From Eledone cirrhosa (lineage: Eukaryota), in the NCBI GenBank assembly GCA_964016885.1, contig OZ024741.1, positions 247,194,001-247,258,000 on the forward strand: 64,000 bases of DNA. The letters run 5' to 3'. The position numbers and the translations under genes are program-made. How positions within the stretch are numbered: position 1 is the first letter of the stretch; each line of letters begins with the position of its first letter. Below are positions 37,201-52,300 of the stretch, piece after piece. The notes under the pieces were generated by a model. The model did no database searches. It worked only from the letters and a program-made list of their open reading frames with translations, and was not told the origin of the DNA.

Positions 37201-40200
37201 TACAAATTATCTCCCCCTGATTTTTTTTTACAAATTATCTCCCCCTGATTTTTTTACAAATTATCTCCCCCTGATTTTTTTTACAATCTCCGCCTGATTT
37301 TTTTAAAAATTATCTTCTCTTGGCTGGCTGGAAATTATCTCCCCTTGGACACTGGAAATTATAGCCACTTGGAGGGCTGGAAATTATCTTCCCTTGGACG
37401 GCTGGAAATTATCACCCCTTGATTTTTTTTACAAATTATCTCCGCCTGATTTTTTTTTACAAATTATCTCCCCCTGATTTTTTTTTACAAATTATCTAAC
37501 CCTGATTTTTTTTTACAAATTATCTCCCCCTGATTTTTTTTACAAATTATCTCCCCCTGATTTCTCTTTTACAAATTATCTCCCCCTGATTTTTTTACAA
37601 ATTATCTCCCCCTGATTTTTTTTACAAATTATCTCCGCCTGATTTTTTTAAATATTATCTTCCCTTGGCTGGCGGGAAATTATCTCCCCTTGGACGGCTG
37701 GAAATTATCTACCCTTGATTTTCTTTTTACAAATTATCTTCCACTGATTTTTTTTACAAATTATCTCCACCTGATTTTTTAAAAAATTATCTCCCCTTGG
37801 AAGGCTGGAAATTATCTCCCCTTGGCTGGAAATTATCTCCCCTTGGACGGCTAGAAATTATCTCTCTTTGGACGGCTGGAAATTATCACCCCTTGAGCTT
37901 TTTACAAATTATCTCCCCCTGATTTTTTTTACAAATCTCCCTGTGATTTTTAAAAAAAAATTATCTCCCCTTCGCTGGCTGGAAATTATCTCCCCTTGGA
38001 CGCTGGAAATTATAGCCCCTTGGAGGGCTGGAAATTATCTTCCCTTGGACGGCTGGAAATTATCTCCCCTTGATTTTTTTTACAAATTATCTCCCCCTGA
38101 TTTTTTTTTACAAATTATCTCCCCCTGATTTTTTTTACAACTTATCTGCGCCTGATTTTTTTAAAAAAATTATCTCCCCTTGGACGGCTGGAAATTATCT
38201 CCCCTTGGACGGCTGGAAATTATCTCTCCTTGGACGGCTAGAATTTACCTCTCCTTGGACGGCTGAAAATTATCTCCCCTTGGACGGCTGGAAATTATCT
38301 CCCCTTGATTTTTTTTACAAATTATCTCCCCCTGATTTTTTTTTACAAATTATCTCCCCCTGATTTTTTTTTACAGATTATCTCCCCCTGATTTTTTTTT
38401 ACAAATTATCTACCCCTGATTTTTTTTTACAAATTATCTCCCCTTGGAGGCTGGAACTTATCTCCCCTTGGACGGCTAGAAATTACCTCTCCTTGGACGG
38501 CTGGAAAATATGTCTCCTTGGACGGCTGGATATTATCTCCCCTTGGACGGCTGGAAATTATCTCCCCTTGGACGGCTGAAAATTATCTCCCCTTGATTTT
38601 TTTTACAAATTATCTCCCCCTGATTTTTTTTTACAAATTATCTCCCCCTGATTTTTGTTTACAAATTATCTCCGCCTGATTTTTTAAAAAAATTATCTCC
38701 CCTTGGACGGCTGGAAATTATCTCCCCTTGGACGGATAGAAATTACCTCTCCTTGGACGGCTGAAAATTATCTCCCCTTTGACGGCTGGAAATTATCTCC
38801 CCTTGATTTTTTTACAAATTATCTCCCCCTGATTTTTTTTTTACAAATTATCTCCCCCTGATTTTTTTTTACAAATTATCTACCCCTGATTTTTTTTTAC
38901 AAATTATCTCCCCCTGATTTTTTTTACAAATTATCTCCCCCTGATTTTTTTTTACAAATTATCTCCCCCTGATTTTTTTACAAATTATCTTCCCCTGATT
39001 TTTTTTACAAATTATCTCCGCCTGATTTTTTTAAATATTATCTCTCCTTGGCTGGCGGGAAATTATCTCCCCTTGGACGGCTGGAAATTATCTCCCCTTG
39101 GAAGGATGGAAATTATCTCCCCTTGGACGGCTGGAAATTATCTACCCCTGATTTTTTTTACAAATTATCTCCCCCTGATTTTTTTTACAAATTATCTCCC
39201 CCTGATTTTTTTTACAAATTATCTACCCCTGATTTTTTTTACAAATTATCTCCCCCTGATTTTTTTTACAAATTATCTCCCCCTGATTTTTTTTTTACAA
39301 ATTATCTCACCCTGATTTTTTTACAAATTATCTCCCCCTGATTTTTTTTACAAATTATCTCCGCCTGATTTTTTTAAATATTATCTTCCCTTGGCTGGCG
39401 GGAAATTATCTCCCCTTGAAGGGCTGAAAATTATCTCCCCTTGGACGGCTGGAAATTATCTCCCCTTGATTTTTTTTACAAATTATCTCCCCCTGATTTT
39501 TTTTTACAAATTATCTCCCCCTGATTTTTTTTACAAATTATCTCCCCCTGATTTTTTTTTACAAATTATCTGCCGCTGATTTTTTTTACAAATTATCTCC
39601 CCCTGATTTTTTTACAAATTATCTCCCCTTGGCTGGCTGGAAATTACCTCCCCTTGGAGGCTGGAATTTATCTCCCCTTGGACGGCTAGAAATTACCTCT
39701 CCTTGGACGGCTGGAAAATATGTCTCCTTGGACGGCTGGATATTATCTCCCCTTGGACGGCTGGAAATTATCTCCCCTTGGACGGCTGGAAATTATCTCC
39801 CCTTGGACGGATAGATATTACCTCCCCTTGGACGGCTGGAAATTATCTCCCCTTGGACGGCTGGAAATTATCTCCCCATGGACGGCTGGAAATTATCTCC
39901 CCTTGGACGGCTAGAAATTATCTCTCCTTGGACGGCTGAAAATTATCTCCCCTTGGACGGCTGGAAATTATCTCCCGTTGGACGGCTGGAAATTATCTCG
40001 CCTTGGACGGCTAGAATTTACCTCTCCTTGGACGGCTGAAAATTATCTCCCCTTGGACGGCTGGAAATTATCTCCCCTTGATTTTTTTTACAAATTATCT
40101 CCCCCTGATTTTTTTTTACAAATTATCTCCCCCTGATTTTTTTTTACAAATTATCTCCCCCTGATTTTTTTTTACAAATTATCTCCCCCTGATTTTTTTT

Positions 40201-41349
40201 ACAAATTATCTCCCCCCTGATTTTTTAACAAATTATCTCCCCTTGGCTGGCTGGAAATTATCTCCCCTTGGAGGCTGGAACTTATCTCCCCTTGGACGGC
40301 TAGAAATTACCTCTCCTTTGACGGCTGGAAAATATGTCTCCTTGGACGGCTGGATATTATCTCCCCTTGGACGGCTGGAAATTATCTCCCCTTGGACGGC
40401 TGGAAATTATCTCCCCTTGGATGGCTAGATATTACCTCCCCTTGGACGGCTGGAAATTATCTCCCTTTGATTTTTTTTACAAATTATCTCCCCCTGATTT
40501 TTTTTTACAAATTATCTCCCCCTGATTTTTTTTTACAAATTATCTCCCCCTGATTTTTGTTTACAAATTATCTCCGCCTGATTTTTTTTTAAAAATTATC
40601 TCCCCTTGGACGGCTGGAAATTATCTCCCCTTGGACGGCTAGAAATTACCTCTCCTTGGACGGCTGAAAATTATCTCCCCTTGGACGGCTGGAAATTATC
40701 TCCCCTTGATTTTTTTACAAATTATCTCCCCCTGATTTTTTTTTTACAAATTATCTCCCCCTGATTTTTTTTTACAAATTATCTACCCCTGATTTTTTTT
40801 TACAAATTATCTCCCCCTGATTTTTTTTACAAATTATCTCCCCCTGATTTTTTTTTACAAATTATCTCCCCCTGATTTTTTTACAAATTATCTCCCCCTG
40901 ATTTTTTTTACAAATTATCTCCGCCTGATTTTTTTAAATATTATCTCTCCTTGGCTGGCGGGAAATTATCTCCCCTTGGACGGCTGGAAATTATCTCCCC
41001 TTGGAAGGATGGAAATTATCTCCCCTTGGACGGCTAGAAACTATCTCTCTTTGGACGGCTGGAAATTATCACCCCTTGAGTTTTTTACAAATTATCTCCC
41101 CCTGATTTTTTTTACAAATCTCCCAGTGATTTTTAAAAAAAAATTATCTCCCCTTCGCTGGCTGGAAATTATCTCCCCTTGGACGCTGGAAATTATAGCC
41201 CCTTGGAGGGCTTGAAATTATCTTCCCTTGGATGGCTGGAAATTATCTCCCCTTGATTTTTTTTTACAAATTATCTCCCCCTGATTTTTTTTTACAAATT
41301 ATCTCCCCCTGATTTTTTTTTACAACTTATCTGCGCCTGATTTTTTTAA

Positions 41350-43370
41350 AAAAATTATCTCCCCTTGGACGGCTGGAAATTATCTCCCCTTGGACGGCTG
41401 GAAATTATCTCTCCTTGGACGGCTAGAATTTACCTCTCCTTGGACGGCTGAAAATTATCTCCCCTTGGACGGCTGGAAATTATCTCCCCTTGATTTTTTT
41501 TACAAATTATCTCCCCCGGATTTTTTTTTACGAATTATCTCCCCCTGATTTTTTTTTACAAATTATCTCCCCCTGATTTTTTTTTACAAATTATCTCCCC
41601 CTGATTTTTTTACAAATTATCTCCCCTTGGCTGGCTGGAAATTATCTCCCCTAGGAGGCTGGAACTTATCTCCCCTTGGACGGCTAGAAATTACCTCTCT
41701 TTGGACGGCTGGAAAATATGTCTCCTTGGACGGCTGGATATTATCTCCCCTTGGACGGCTGGAAATTATCTCCCCTTGGACGGCTGGAAATTATCTCCCC
41801 TTGGATGGCTAGATATTACCTCCCCTTGGACGGCTGGAAATTATCTCCCCTTGATTTTTTTTACAAATTATCTCCCCCTGATTTTTTTTTACAAATTATC
41901 TCCCCCGATTTTTTTTTACAAATTATCTCCCCCTGATTTTTTTTTACAAATTATCTCCCCCTGATTTTTGTTTACAAATTATCTCCCCGTGGACGGCTGG
42001 AAATTATCTCCCCTTGGACGGCTAGAAATTACCTCTCCTTGGACGGCTGAAAATTATCCTCCCTTGGACGGCTGGAAATTATCTCCCCTTGATTTTTTTA
42101 CAAATTATCTCCCCCTGATTTTTTTTTTACAAATTATCTCACCCTGATTTTTTTTACAAATTATCTACCCCTGATTTTTTTTTACAAATTATCTCCCCCT
42201 GATTTTTTTTACAAATTATCTCCCACTGATTTTTTTTTTACAAATTATCTCCCCCTGATTTTTTTACAAATTATCTCCCCCTGATTTTTTTTACAAATTA
42301 TATCCGCCTGATTTTTTTAAATATTATCTCTCCTTGGCTGGCGGGAAATTATCTCCCCTTGGACGGCTGGAAATTATCTCCCCTTGGAAGGATGGAAATT
42401 ATCTCCCCTTGGACGGCTGGAAATTATCTACCCCTGATTTTTTTTACAAATTATCTCCCCCTGATTTTTTTTACAAATTATCTCCCCCTGATTTTTTTTT
42501 TACAAATTATCTCCCCCTGATTTTTTTACAAATTATCTCCCCCTGATTTTTTTTACAAATTATCTCCGCCTGATTTTTTAAAATATTATCTTACCTTGGC
42601 TGGCGGGAAATTATCTCCCCTTGGACGGCTGGAAATTATCTCCCCTTGGACGGCTGGAAATTATCTCTCCTTGGACGGCTAGAATTTACCTCTCCTTGGA
42701 CGGCTGAAAATTATCTCCCCTTGGACGGCTGGAAATTATCTCCCCTTGATTTTTTTTACAAATTATCTCCCCCGGATTTTTTTTTACGAATTATCTCCCC
42801 CTGATTTTTTTTTACAAATTATCTCCCCCTGATTTTTTTTTACAAATTATCTCCCCCTGATTTTTTTACAAATTATCTCCCCTTGGCTGGCTGGAAATTA
42901 TCTCCCCTAGGAGGCTGGAACTTATCTCCCCTTGGACGGCTAGAAATTACCTCTCTTTGGACGGCTGGAAAATATGTCTCCTTGGACGGCTGGATATTAT
43001 CTCCCCTTGGACGGCTGGAAATTATCTCCCCTTGGACGGCTGGAAATTATCTCCCCTTGGATGGCTAGATATTACCTCCCCTTGGACGGCTGGAAATTAT
43101 CTCCCCTTGATTTTTTTTACAAATTATCTCCCCCTGATTTTTTTTTACAAATTATCTCCCCCGATTTTTTTTTACAAATTATCTCCCCCTGATTTTTTTT
43201 TACAAATTATCTCCCCCTGATTTTTGTTTACAAATTATCTCCCCGTGGACGGCTGGAAATTATCTCCCCTTGGACGGCTAGAAATTACCTCTCCTTGGAC
43301 GGCTGAAAATTATCCTCCCTTGGACGGCTGGAAATTATCTCCCCTTGATTTTTTTACAAATTATCTCCCC
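41350..43370. repeat. Local duplication at offset 1,256 bp
   Basis: CCTAGG at 41650/42906, CCCCGTGG at 41985/43241, ORF pair 41627/42883. Confidence 0.88.
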
Positions 43371-46300
43371 CTGATTTTTTTTTTACAAATTATCTCCCCC
43401 TGATTTTTTTTTACAAATTATCTACCCCTGATTTTTTTTTGCAAATTATCTCCCCCTGATTTTTTTTACAAATTATCTCCCCCTGATTTTTTTTTACAAA
43501 TTATCTCCCCCTGATTTTTTTACAAATTATCTCCCCCTGATTTTTTTTACAAATTATCTCCGCCTGATTTTTTTAAATATTATCTCTCCTTGGCTGGCGG
43601 GAAATTATCTCCCCTTGGACGGCTGGAAATTATCTCCCCTTGGAAGGATGGAAATTATCTCCCCTTGGACGGCTAGAAATTATCTCTCTTTGGACGGCTG
43701 GAAATTATCACCCCTTGAGTTTTTTACAAATTATCTCCCCCTGATTTTTTTTACAAATCTCCCAGTGATTTTTTAAAAAAAATTATCTCCCCTTCGCTGG
43801 CTGGAAATTATCTCCCCTTGGACGCTGGAAATTATAGCACCTTGGAGGGCTGGAAATTATCTTCCCTTGGACGGCTGGAAATTATCTCCCCTTGATTTTT
43901 TTTACAAATTATCTCCTCCTGATTTTTTTTTACAAATTATCTCCCCCTGATTTTTTTTTACAACTTATCTGCGCCTGATTTTTTTAAAAAAATTATCTCC
44001 CCTTGGACGGCTGGAAATTATCTCCCCTTGGACGGCTGGAAATTATCTCTCCTTGGACGGCTAGAATTTACCTCTCCTTGGACGGCTGAAAATTATCTCC
44101 CCTTGGACGGCTGGAAATTATCTCCCCTTGATTTTTTTTACAAATTATCTCCCCCTGATTTTTTTTTACAAATTATCTCCCCCTGATTTTTTTTACAAAT
44201 TATCTCCCCCTGATTTTTTTTTACAAATTATCACCCCCTGATTTTTTTTTACAAATTATCTCCCCCGGATTTTTTTACAAATTATCTCCCCTTGGCTGGC
44301 TGGTAATTATCTCCCCTTGGACACTGGAAATTATAGCCCCTTGGAGGGCTGGAAATTATCTTCCCTTGGACGGCTGGAAATTATCTCCCCTTGATTTTTT
44401 TTACAAATTATCTCCCCCTGATTTTTTTTTACAAATTATCTCCCCCTGATTTTTTTTTACAAATTATCACCCCCTGATTTTTTTTTACAAATTATCTCCC
44501 CCGGATTTTTTTACAAATTATCTCCCCTTGGCTGGCTGGAAATTATCTCCCCTTGGAGGCTGGAACTTATGTCCCCTTGGACGGCTAGAAATTACCTCTC
44601 CTTGGACGGCTGGAAAATATGTCTCCTTGGACGGCTGGATATTATCTCCCCTTGGACGGCTGGAAATTATCTCCCCTTGGACGGCTGGAAATTATCTCCC
44701 CTTGATTTTTTTACAAATTATCTCCCCCTGATTTTTTTTTTACAAATTATCTACCCCTGATTTTTTTTTTACAAATTATCTCCCCCTGATTTTTTTACAA
44801 ATTATCTCCCCCTAATTTTTTTTACAAATTATCTCCGCCTGATTTTTTTAAATATTATCTCTCCTTGGCTGGCGGGAAATTATCTCCCCTTGGACGGCTG
44901 GAAATTATCTCCCCTTGGAAGGATGGAAATTATCTCCCCTTGGACGGCTGGAAATTATCTACCCCTGATTTTTTTTACAAATTATCTCCCCCTGATTTTT
45001 TTTACAAATTATCTCCCCCTGATTTTTTTTTTACAAATTATCTACCCCTGATTTTTTTTACAAATTATCTCCCCCTGATTTTTTTACAAATTGTCTCCCC
45101 CTGATTTTTTTTACAAATTATCTCCCCCTGATTGTTTTACAAATTATCTCCCCCTGATTTTTTTTACAAATTATCTCCGCCTGATTTTTTTAAATATTAT
45201 CTTCCCTTGGCTGGCGGGAAATTATCTCCCCTTGGAAGGATGGAAATTATCTCCCCTTGGACGGCTGGAAATTATCTCCCCTTGCACTGCTGGAAATTAT
45301 CTCCCCTTGGACGACTGGAAATTATCTGCCCTTGATTTTGTTTTTACAAATTATCTTCCCCTCATTTTTTTTACAAATTATCTCCACCTGATTTTTTAAA
45401 AAATTATCTCCCCTTGGACGGCTGGAAATTATCTCCCCTTGGCTGGAAATTATCTCCCCTTGGACGGCTAGAAATTATCTCTCTTTGGACGGCTGGAAAT
45501 TATCTCCCCTTGATTTTTTTTACAAATTATCTCCCCCTGATTTTTTTTACAAATCTCCCAGTGATTTTTAAAAAAAAATTATCTTCCTTTCGCTGGTTGG
45601 AAATTATCTCCCCTTGGACGCTGGAAATTATAGCCCCTTGGAGGGCTGGAAATTATCTTCCCTTGGACGGCTGGAAATTATCTCCCCTTGATTTTTTTAC
45701 ATTTTATCTCCCCCTGATTTTTTTTTACAAATTATCTCCCCGATTTTTTTTTACAAATTATCTCCGCCTGATTTTTTTAAAAAAATTATCTTCCCTTGGA
45801 CGGCTGGAAATTATCTCCCCTTGGACGGCTGGAAATTATCTCGCCTTGGACGGCTAGAAATTACCTCTCCTTGGACGGCTGAAAATTATCTCCCCTTGGA
45901 CGCTGGAAATTATAGCCCCTTGGAGGGCTGGAAATTATGTCCCCTTGATTTTTTTTACAAATTATCTCCCCCTGATTTTTTTTTACAAATTATCTCCCCC
46001 TGATTTTTTTTTTACAAATTATCTCCCCCTGATTTTTTTTTACAAATTATCTCCCCCTGATTTTTTTACAAATTATCTCCCCTTGGCTGGCTGTAAATTA
46101 TCTCCCCTTGGAGGCTGGAATTTATCTCCCCTTGGACGGCTGGAAATAATCTCCCCTTGGACGGCTAGAAATTACCTCTCCTTGGACGGCTGGAAATTAT
46201 CTCCCCTTGAACGGCTGGAAATTATCTCCCCTTGGACGGCTGGAAATTATCTCCCCTTGGACGGCTGGAAATTATCTCCCCTTGGACGGCTAGAAATTAC

Positions 46301-49300
46301 CTCTCCTTGGACGGCTGGAAATTATCTCCACTTGGACGGCTGGAAATTATCTCCCCTTCGCTGGCTGGAAATCATCTCCCTTTGGACGGCTGGAAATTAT
46401 AGCTGCTTGTAGGGCTGGAAATTATCTCCCCTTGGACGGCTGGAAATTATCTCCCCTTGATTTATTTTACTAATTATCTCCCCCTGATTTTTTTTACAAA
46501 TTATCTCCGCCTGATTTTTTTTTTAAAATTATCTCCCCTTGGCTGGATGGAAATTATCTCCCCTTGGACGGCTGGAAATTATCTCCCCTTGGAGCCTAGA
46601 AATTACCTCTCCTTGGACAGCTGTAAATTATCTCCCCTTGGACGGCTGGAAATTATCTCGCCTTGGACGGCTGGAAATTATCTCCCCTTGATTTTGTATA
46701 CAAATTATCTCCCCCTGATTTTTTTTTACAAATTATCTGCCCCTGATTATATTTTTACAAATTAGCTCCGCCTGATTTTTTTAAAAAATTATCTCCCCTT
46801 GGACGGCTGGAAATTATCTCCCCTTGGACGGCTGGAAATTATCTCCCCTTGAACGGCTAGAAATTACCTCTCCTTGGAGGGCTGGAAATTATCATCCCTT
46901 GGACGGCTGGAAATTATCTCCCCTTGATTTTTTTTACAAATTATCTCCCCTTGGACGGCTGGAAATTATCTCCCCTTGGACGGCTGGAAATTATCTCCCC
47001 TTGGACGGCTAGAAATTACCTCTCCTTGGACGGCTGAAAATTATCTCCCCTTGGACGGCTGGAAATTATCTCCCCTTGATTTTTTTTTACAAATTATCTC
47101 CCCCTGATTTTTTTTACAAATTATCTACCCCTGATTTTTTTTACAAATTATCTCCCCCTGATTTTTTTTACAAATTATCTCCCCCTGATTTTTTTTACAA
47201 ATTATCTCCACCTGATTTTTTTTTACAAATTATCTCCCCCTGATTTTTTTACAAATTATCTCCCCGTTTTTTTTACAAATTATCTCCGCCTGATTTTTTT
47301 AAATATTATCTTCCCTTGGCTGGCGGGAAATTATCTCCCCTTGGACGGCTGAAAATTATCTCCCCTTGGACGGCTGGAAATTATCTCCCCTTGATTTTTT
47401 TTACAAATTAACTCCCCCTGATTTTTTCTTACAAATTATCTCCCCCTGATTTTTTTACAAATTATCTCCCCCTGATTTTTTTTTACAAATTGTCTCCCCC
47501 TGATTTTTTTTACAAATTATCTCCCTCTGATTTTTTTACAAATTATCTCCCCTTGGCTGGCTGGAAATTATCTCCCCTTGGACGGCTAGAAATTACCTCT
47601 CCTTGGACGGCTGGAAAATATGTCTCCTTGGACGGCTGGATATTATCTCCCCTTGGACGGCTGGAAATTATCTCCCCTTGGACGGCTGGAAATTATCTCC
47701 CGTTGATTTTTTTACAAATTATCTCCCCTTCGCTGGCTGGAAATTATCTCCCCTTGGACGCTGGAAATTATAGCCCCTTGGAGGGCTGGAAATTATCTTC
47801 CCTTGGACGGCTGGAAATTATCTCCCCTTGATTTTTTTTACAAATTATCTCCCCCTGATTTTTTTTACAAATTATCTCCCCCTGATTTTTTTTACAAATT
47901 ATCTACCCCTGATTTTTTTTACAAATTATCTCCCCCTGATTTTTTTTTACAAATTATCTCCCCCTGATTTTTTTTTACAAATTATCTCCCCCTGATTTTT
48001 TTACAAATTATCTCCCCCTGATTTTTTTTACAATCTCCGCCTGATTTTTTTAAAAATTATCTTCCCTTGGCTGGCTGGAAATTATCTCCCCTTGGACACT
48101 GGAAATTATAGCCCCTTGGAGGGCTGGAAATTATCTTCCCTTGGACGGCTGGAAATTATCTCCCCTTGATTTTTTTTACAAATTATCTCCGCCTGATTTT
48201 TTTTTACAAATTATCTCCCCCTGATTTTTTTTTACACATTATCTACCCCTGATTTTTTTTTACAAATTATCTCCCCCTGATTTTTTTTACAAATTATCTC
48301 CCCCTGATTTTTCTTTTACAAATTATCTCCCCCTGATTTTTTTACAAATTATCTCCCCCTGATTTTTTTTACAAATTATCTCCGCCTGATTTTTTTAAAT
48401 ATTATCTTCCCTTGGCTGGCGGGAAATTATCTCCCCTTGGACGGCTGGAAATTATCTGCCCTTGATTTTCTTTTTACAAATTATCTTCCACTGATTTTTT
48501 TTACAAATAATCTCCACCTGATTTTTTAAAAAATTATCTCCCCTTGGAAGGCTGGAAATTATCTCCCCTTGGACGGCTGGAAATTATCTCCCCTTGGACG
48601 GCTAGAAATTATCTCTCCTTGGACGGCTGAAAATTATCTCCCCTTGGACGGCTGCAAATTATCTCCCCTTGATTTTTTTTACAAATTTTCTCCCCCTGAT
48701 TTTTTTTACAAATTATCTCCCCCTGATTTTTTTACAAATTATCTCCCCCTGATTTTTTTTTACAAATTATCTCCCCCTGATTTTTTTTTACAAATTATCT
48801 CCCCCTGATTTTTTTTTTACAAATTATCTCCCCCTGATTTTTTTACAAATTATCTCCCCCTGATTTTTTTTACAATCTCCGCCTGATTTTTTTAAAAATT
48901 ATCTTCCCTTGGCTGGCGGGAAATTATCTCCCCTTGGACGGCTGGAAATTATCTCCCCTTGGAAGGATGGAAATTATCTCCCCTCGGACGGCTGGAAATT
49001 ATCTCCCCTTGCACGGCTGGAAATTATCTCCCCTTGGCTGGAAATTATCTCCCCTTGGACGGCTAGAAATTATCTCTCTTTGGACGGCTGCAAATTATCT
49101 CCCTTTGATTTTTTTTACAAATTATCTCCCTCTGATTTTTTTTACAAATCTCCCCCTGATTTTTTTAAAAAAATTATCTCCCCTTCGCTGGCTGGAAATT
49201 ATCTTCCCTTGGACGGCTGGAAATTATCTCCCCTTGATTTTTTTTACAAATTATCTCCGCCTGATTTTTTTTAAAAATTATCTCTCCTTGGACGGCTGGA

Positions 49301-52300
49301 AATTATCTCCCCTTGATTTTTTTACAAATTATCTCCCCCTGATTTTTTTTTACAAATTATCTCCCCCTGATTTTTTTTTACAAATTATCTACCCCTGATT
49401 TTTTTTTACAAATTATCTCCCCCTGATTTTTTTTTACAAATTATCTACCCCTGATTTTTTTTACAAATTATCTCCCCCTGATTTTTTTTACAAATTATCT
49501 CCCCCTGATTTTTTTTTTACAAATTATCTCCCCCTGATTTTTTTTACAAATTATCTCCCCCTGATTTTTTTTACAAATTATCTCCGCCGGATTTTTTTAA
49601 ATATTATCTTCCCTTGGCTGGCGGGAAATTATCTCCCCTTGGACGGCTGAAAATTATCTCCCCTTGGACGGCTGGAAATTATCTCCCCTTGATTTTTTTT
49701 ACAAATTATCTCCCCCTGATTTTTTTTTACAAATTATCTCCCCCTGATTTTTTTTACAAATTATCTCCCCCTGATTTTTTTTTACAAATTATCTCCCCCT
49801 GATTTTTTTTACAAATTATCTCCCCCTGATTTTTTTACAAATTATCTCCCCCTGATTTTTTTTACAAATTATCTCCGCCTGATTTTTTTAAATATTATCT
49901 TCCCTTGGCTGGCGGGAAATTATCTCCCCTTGGACGGCTGGAAATTATCTACCCTTGATTTTCTTTTTACAAATTATCTTCCACTGATTTTTTTTACAAA
50001 TTATCTCCACCTGATTTTTTAAAAAATTATCTCCCCTTGGAAGGCTGGAAATTATCTCCCCTTGGCTGGAAATTATCTCCCCTTGGACGGCTAGAAATTA
50101 TCTCTCTTTGGACGGCTGGAAATTATCACCCCTTGAGTTTTTTACAAATTATCTCCCCCTGATTTTTTTACAAATTATCTCCCCCTGATTTTTTTTACAA
50201 ATTATCTCCGCCTGATTTTTTTAAATATTATCTTCCCTTGGCTGGCGGGAAATTATCTCCCCTTGGACGGCTGAAAATTATCTCCCCTTGGACGGCTGGA
50301 AATTATCTCCCCTTGATTTTTTTTACAAATTATCTCCCCCTGATTTTTTTTTACAAATTATCTCCCCCTGATTTTTTTTACAAATTATCTCCCCCTGATT
50401 TTTTTTTACAAATTATCTCCCCCTGATTTTTTTTACAAATTATCTCCCTCTGATTTTTTTACAAATTATCTCCCCTTGGCTGGCTGGAAATTATCTCCCC
50501 TTGGACGGCTAGAAATTACCTCTCCTTGGACGGCTGGAAAATATGTCTCCTTGGACGGCTGGATATTATCTCCCCTTGGACGGCTGGAAATTATCTCCCC
50601 TTGGACGGCTGGAAATTATCTCCCCTTGGACGGATATATATTACCTCCCCTTGGACGGCTGGAAATTATCTCCCCTTGATTTTTTTACAAATTATCTCCC
50701 CCTGATTTATTTTACAAATCTCCCAATGATTTTTAAAAAAAAATTATCTCCCCTTCGCTGGCTGGAAATTATCTCCCCTTGGACGCTGGAAATTATAGCC
50801 CCTTGGAGGGCTGGAAATTATCTTCCCTTGGACGGCTGGAAATTATCTCCCCTTGATTTTTTTTACAAATTATCTCCCCCTGATTTTTTTTACAAATTAT
50901 CTCCCCCTGATTTTTTTTACAAATTATCTACCCCTGATTTTTTTTACAAATTACCTCCCCCTGATTTTTTTTTACAAATTATCTCCCCCTGATTTTTTTT
51001 TACAAATTATCTCCCCCTGATTTTTTTACAAATTATCTCCCCCTGATTTTTTTTACAATCTCCGCCTGATTTTTTTAAAAATTATCTTCTCTTGGCTGGC
51101 TGGAAATTATCTCCCCTTGGACACTGGAAATTATAGCCACTTGGAGGGCTGGAAATTATCTTCCCTTGGACGGCTGGAAATTATCACCCCTTGATTTTTT
51201 TTACAAATTATCTCCGCCTGATTTTTTTTTACAAATTATCTCCCCCTGATTTTTTTTTACAAATTATCTTATCCTGATTTTTTTTTACAAATTATCTCCC
51301 CCTGATTTTTTTTACAAATTATCTCCCCCTGATTTCTCTTTTACAAATTATCTCCCCCTGATTTTTTTACAAATTATCTCCCCCTGATTTTTTTTACAAA
51401 TTATCTCCGCCTGATTTTTTTAAATATTATCTTCCCTTGGCTGGCGGGAAATTATCTCCCCTTGGACGGCTGGAAATTATCTACCCTTGATTTTCTTTTT
51501 ACAAATTATCTTCCACTGATTTTTTTTACAAATTATCTCCACCTGATTTTTTAAAAAATTATCTCCCCTTGGAAGGCTGGAAATTATCTCCCCTTGGCTG
51601 GAAATTATCTCCCCTTGGACGGCTAGAAATTATCTCTCTTTGGACGGCTGGAAATTATCACCCCTTGAGCTTTTTACAAATTATCTCCCCCTGATTTTTT
51701 TTACAAATCTCCCTGTGATTTTTAAAAAAAAATTATCTCCCCTTCGCTGGCTGGAAATTATCTCCCCTTGGACGCTGGAAATTATAGCCCCTTGGAGGGC
51801 TGGAAATTATCTTCCCTTGGACGGCTGGAAATTATCTCCCCTTGATTTTTTTTACAAATTATCTCCCCCTGATTTTTTTTTACAAATTATCTCCCCCTGA
51901 TTTTTTTTACAACTTATCTGCGCCTGATTTTTTTTAAAAAATTATCTCCCCTTGGACGGCTGGAAATTATCTCCCCTTGGACGGCTGGAAATTATCTCTC
52001 CTTGGACGGCTAGAATTTACCTCTCCTTGGACGGCTGAAAATTATCTCCCCTTGGACGGCTGGAAATTATCTCCCCTTGATTTTTTTTACAAATTATCTC
52101 CCCCTGATTTTTTTTTACAAATTATCTCCCCCTGATTTTTTTTTACAGATTATCTCCCCCTGATTTTTTTTTACAAATTATCTACCCCTGATTTTTTTTT
52201 ACAAATTATCTCCCCTTGGAGGCTGGAACTTATCTCCCCTTGGACGGCTAGAAATTACCTCTCCTTGGACGGCTGGAAAATATGTCTCCTTGGACGGCTG

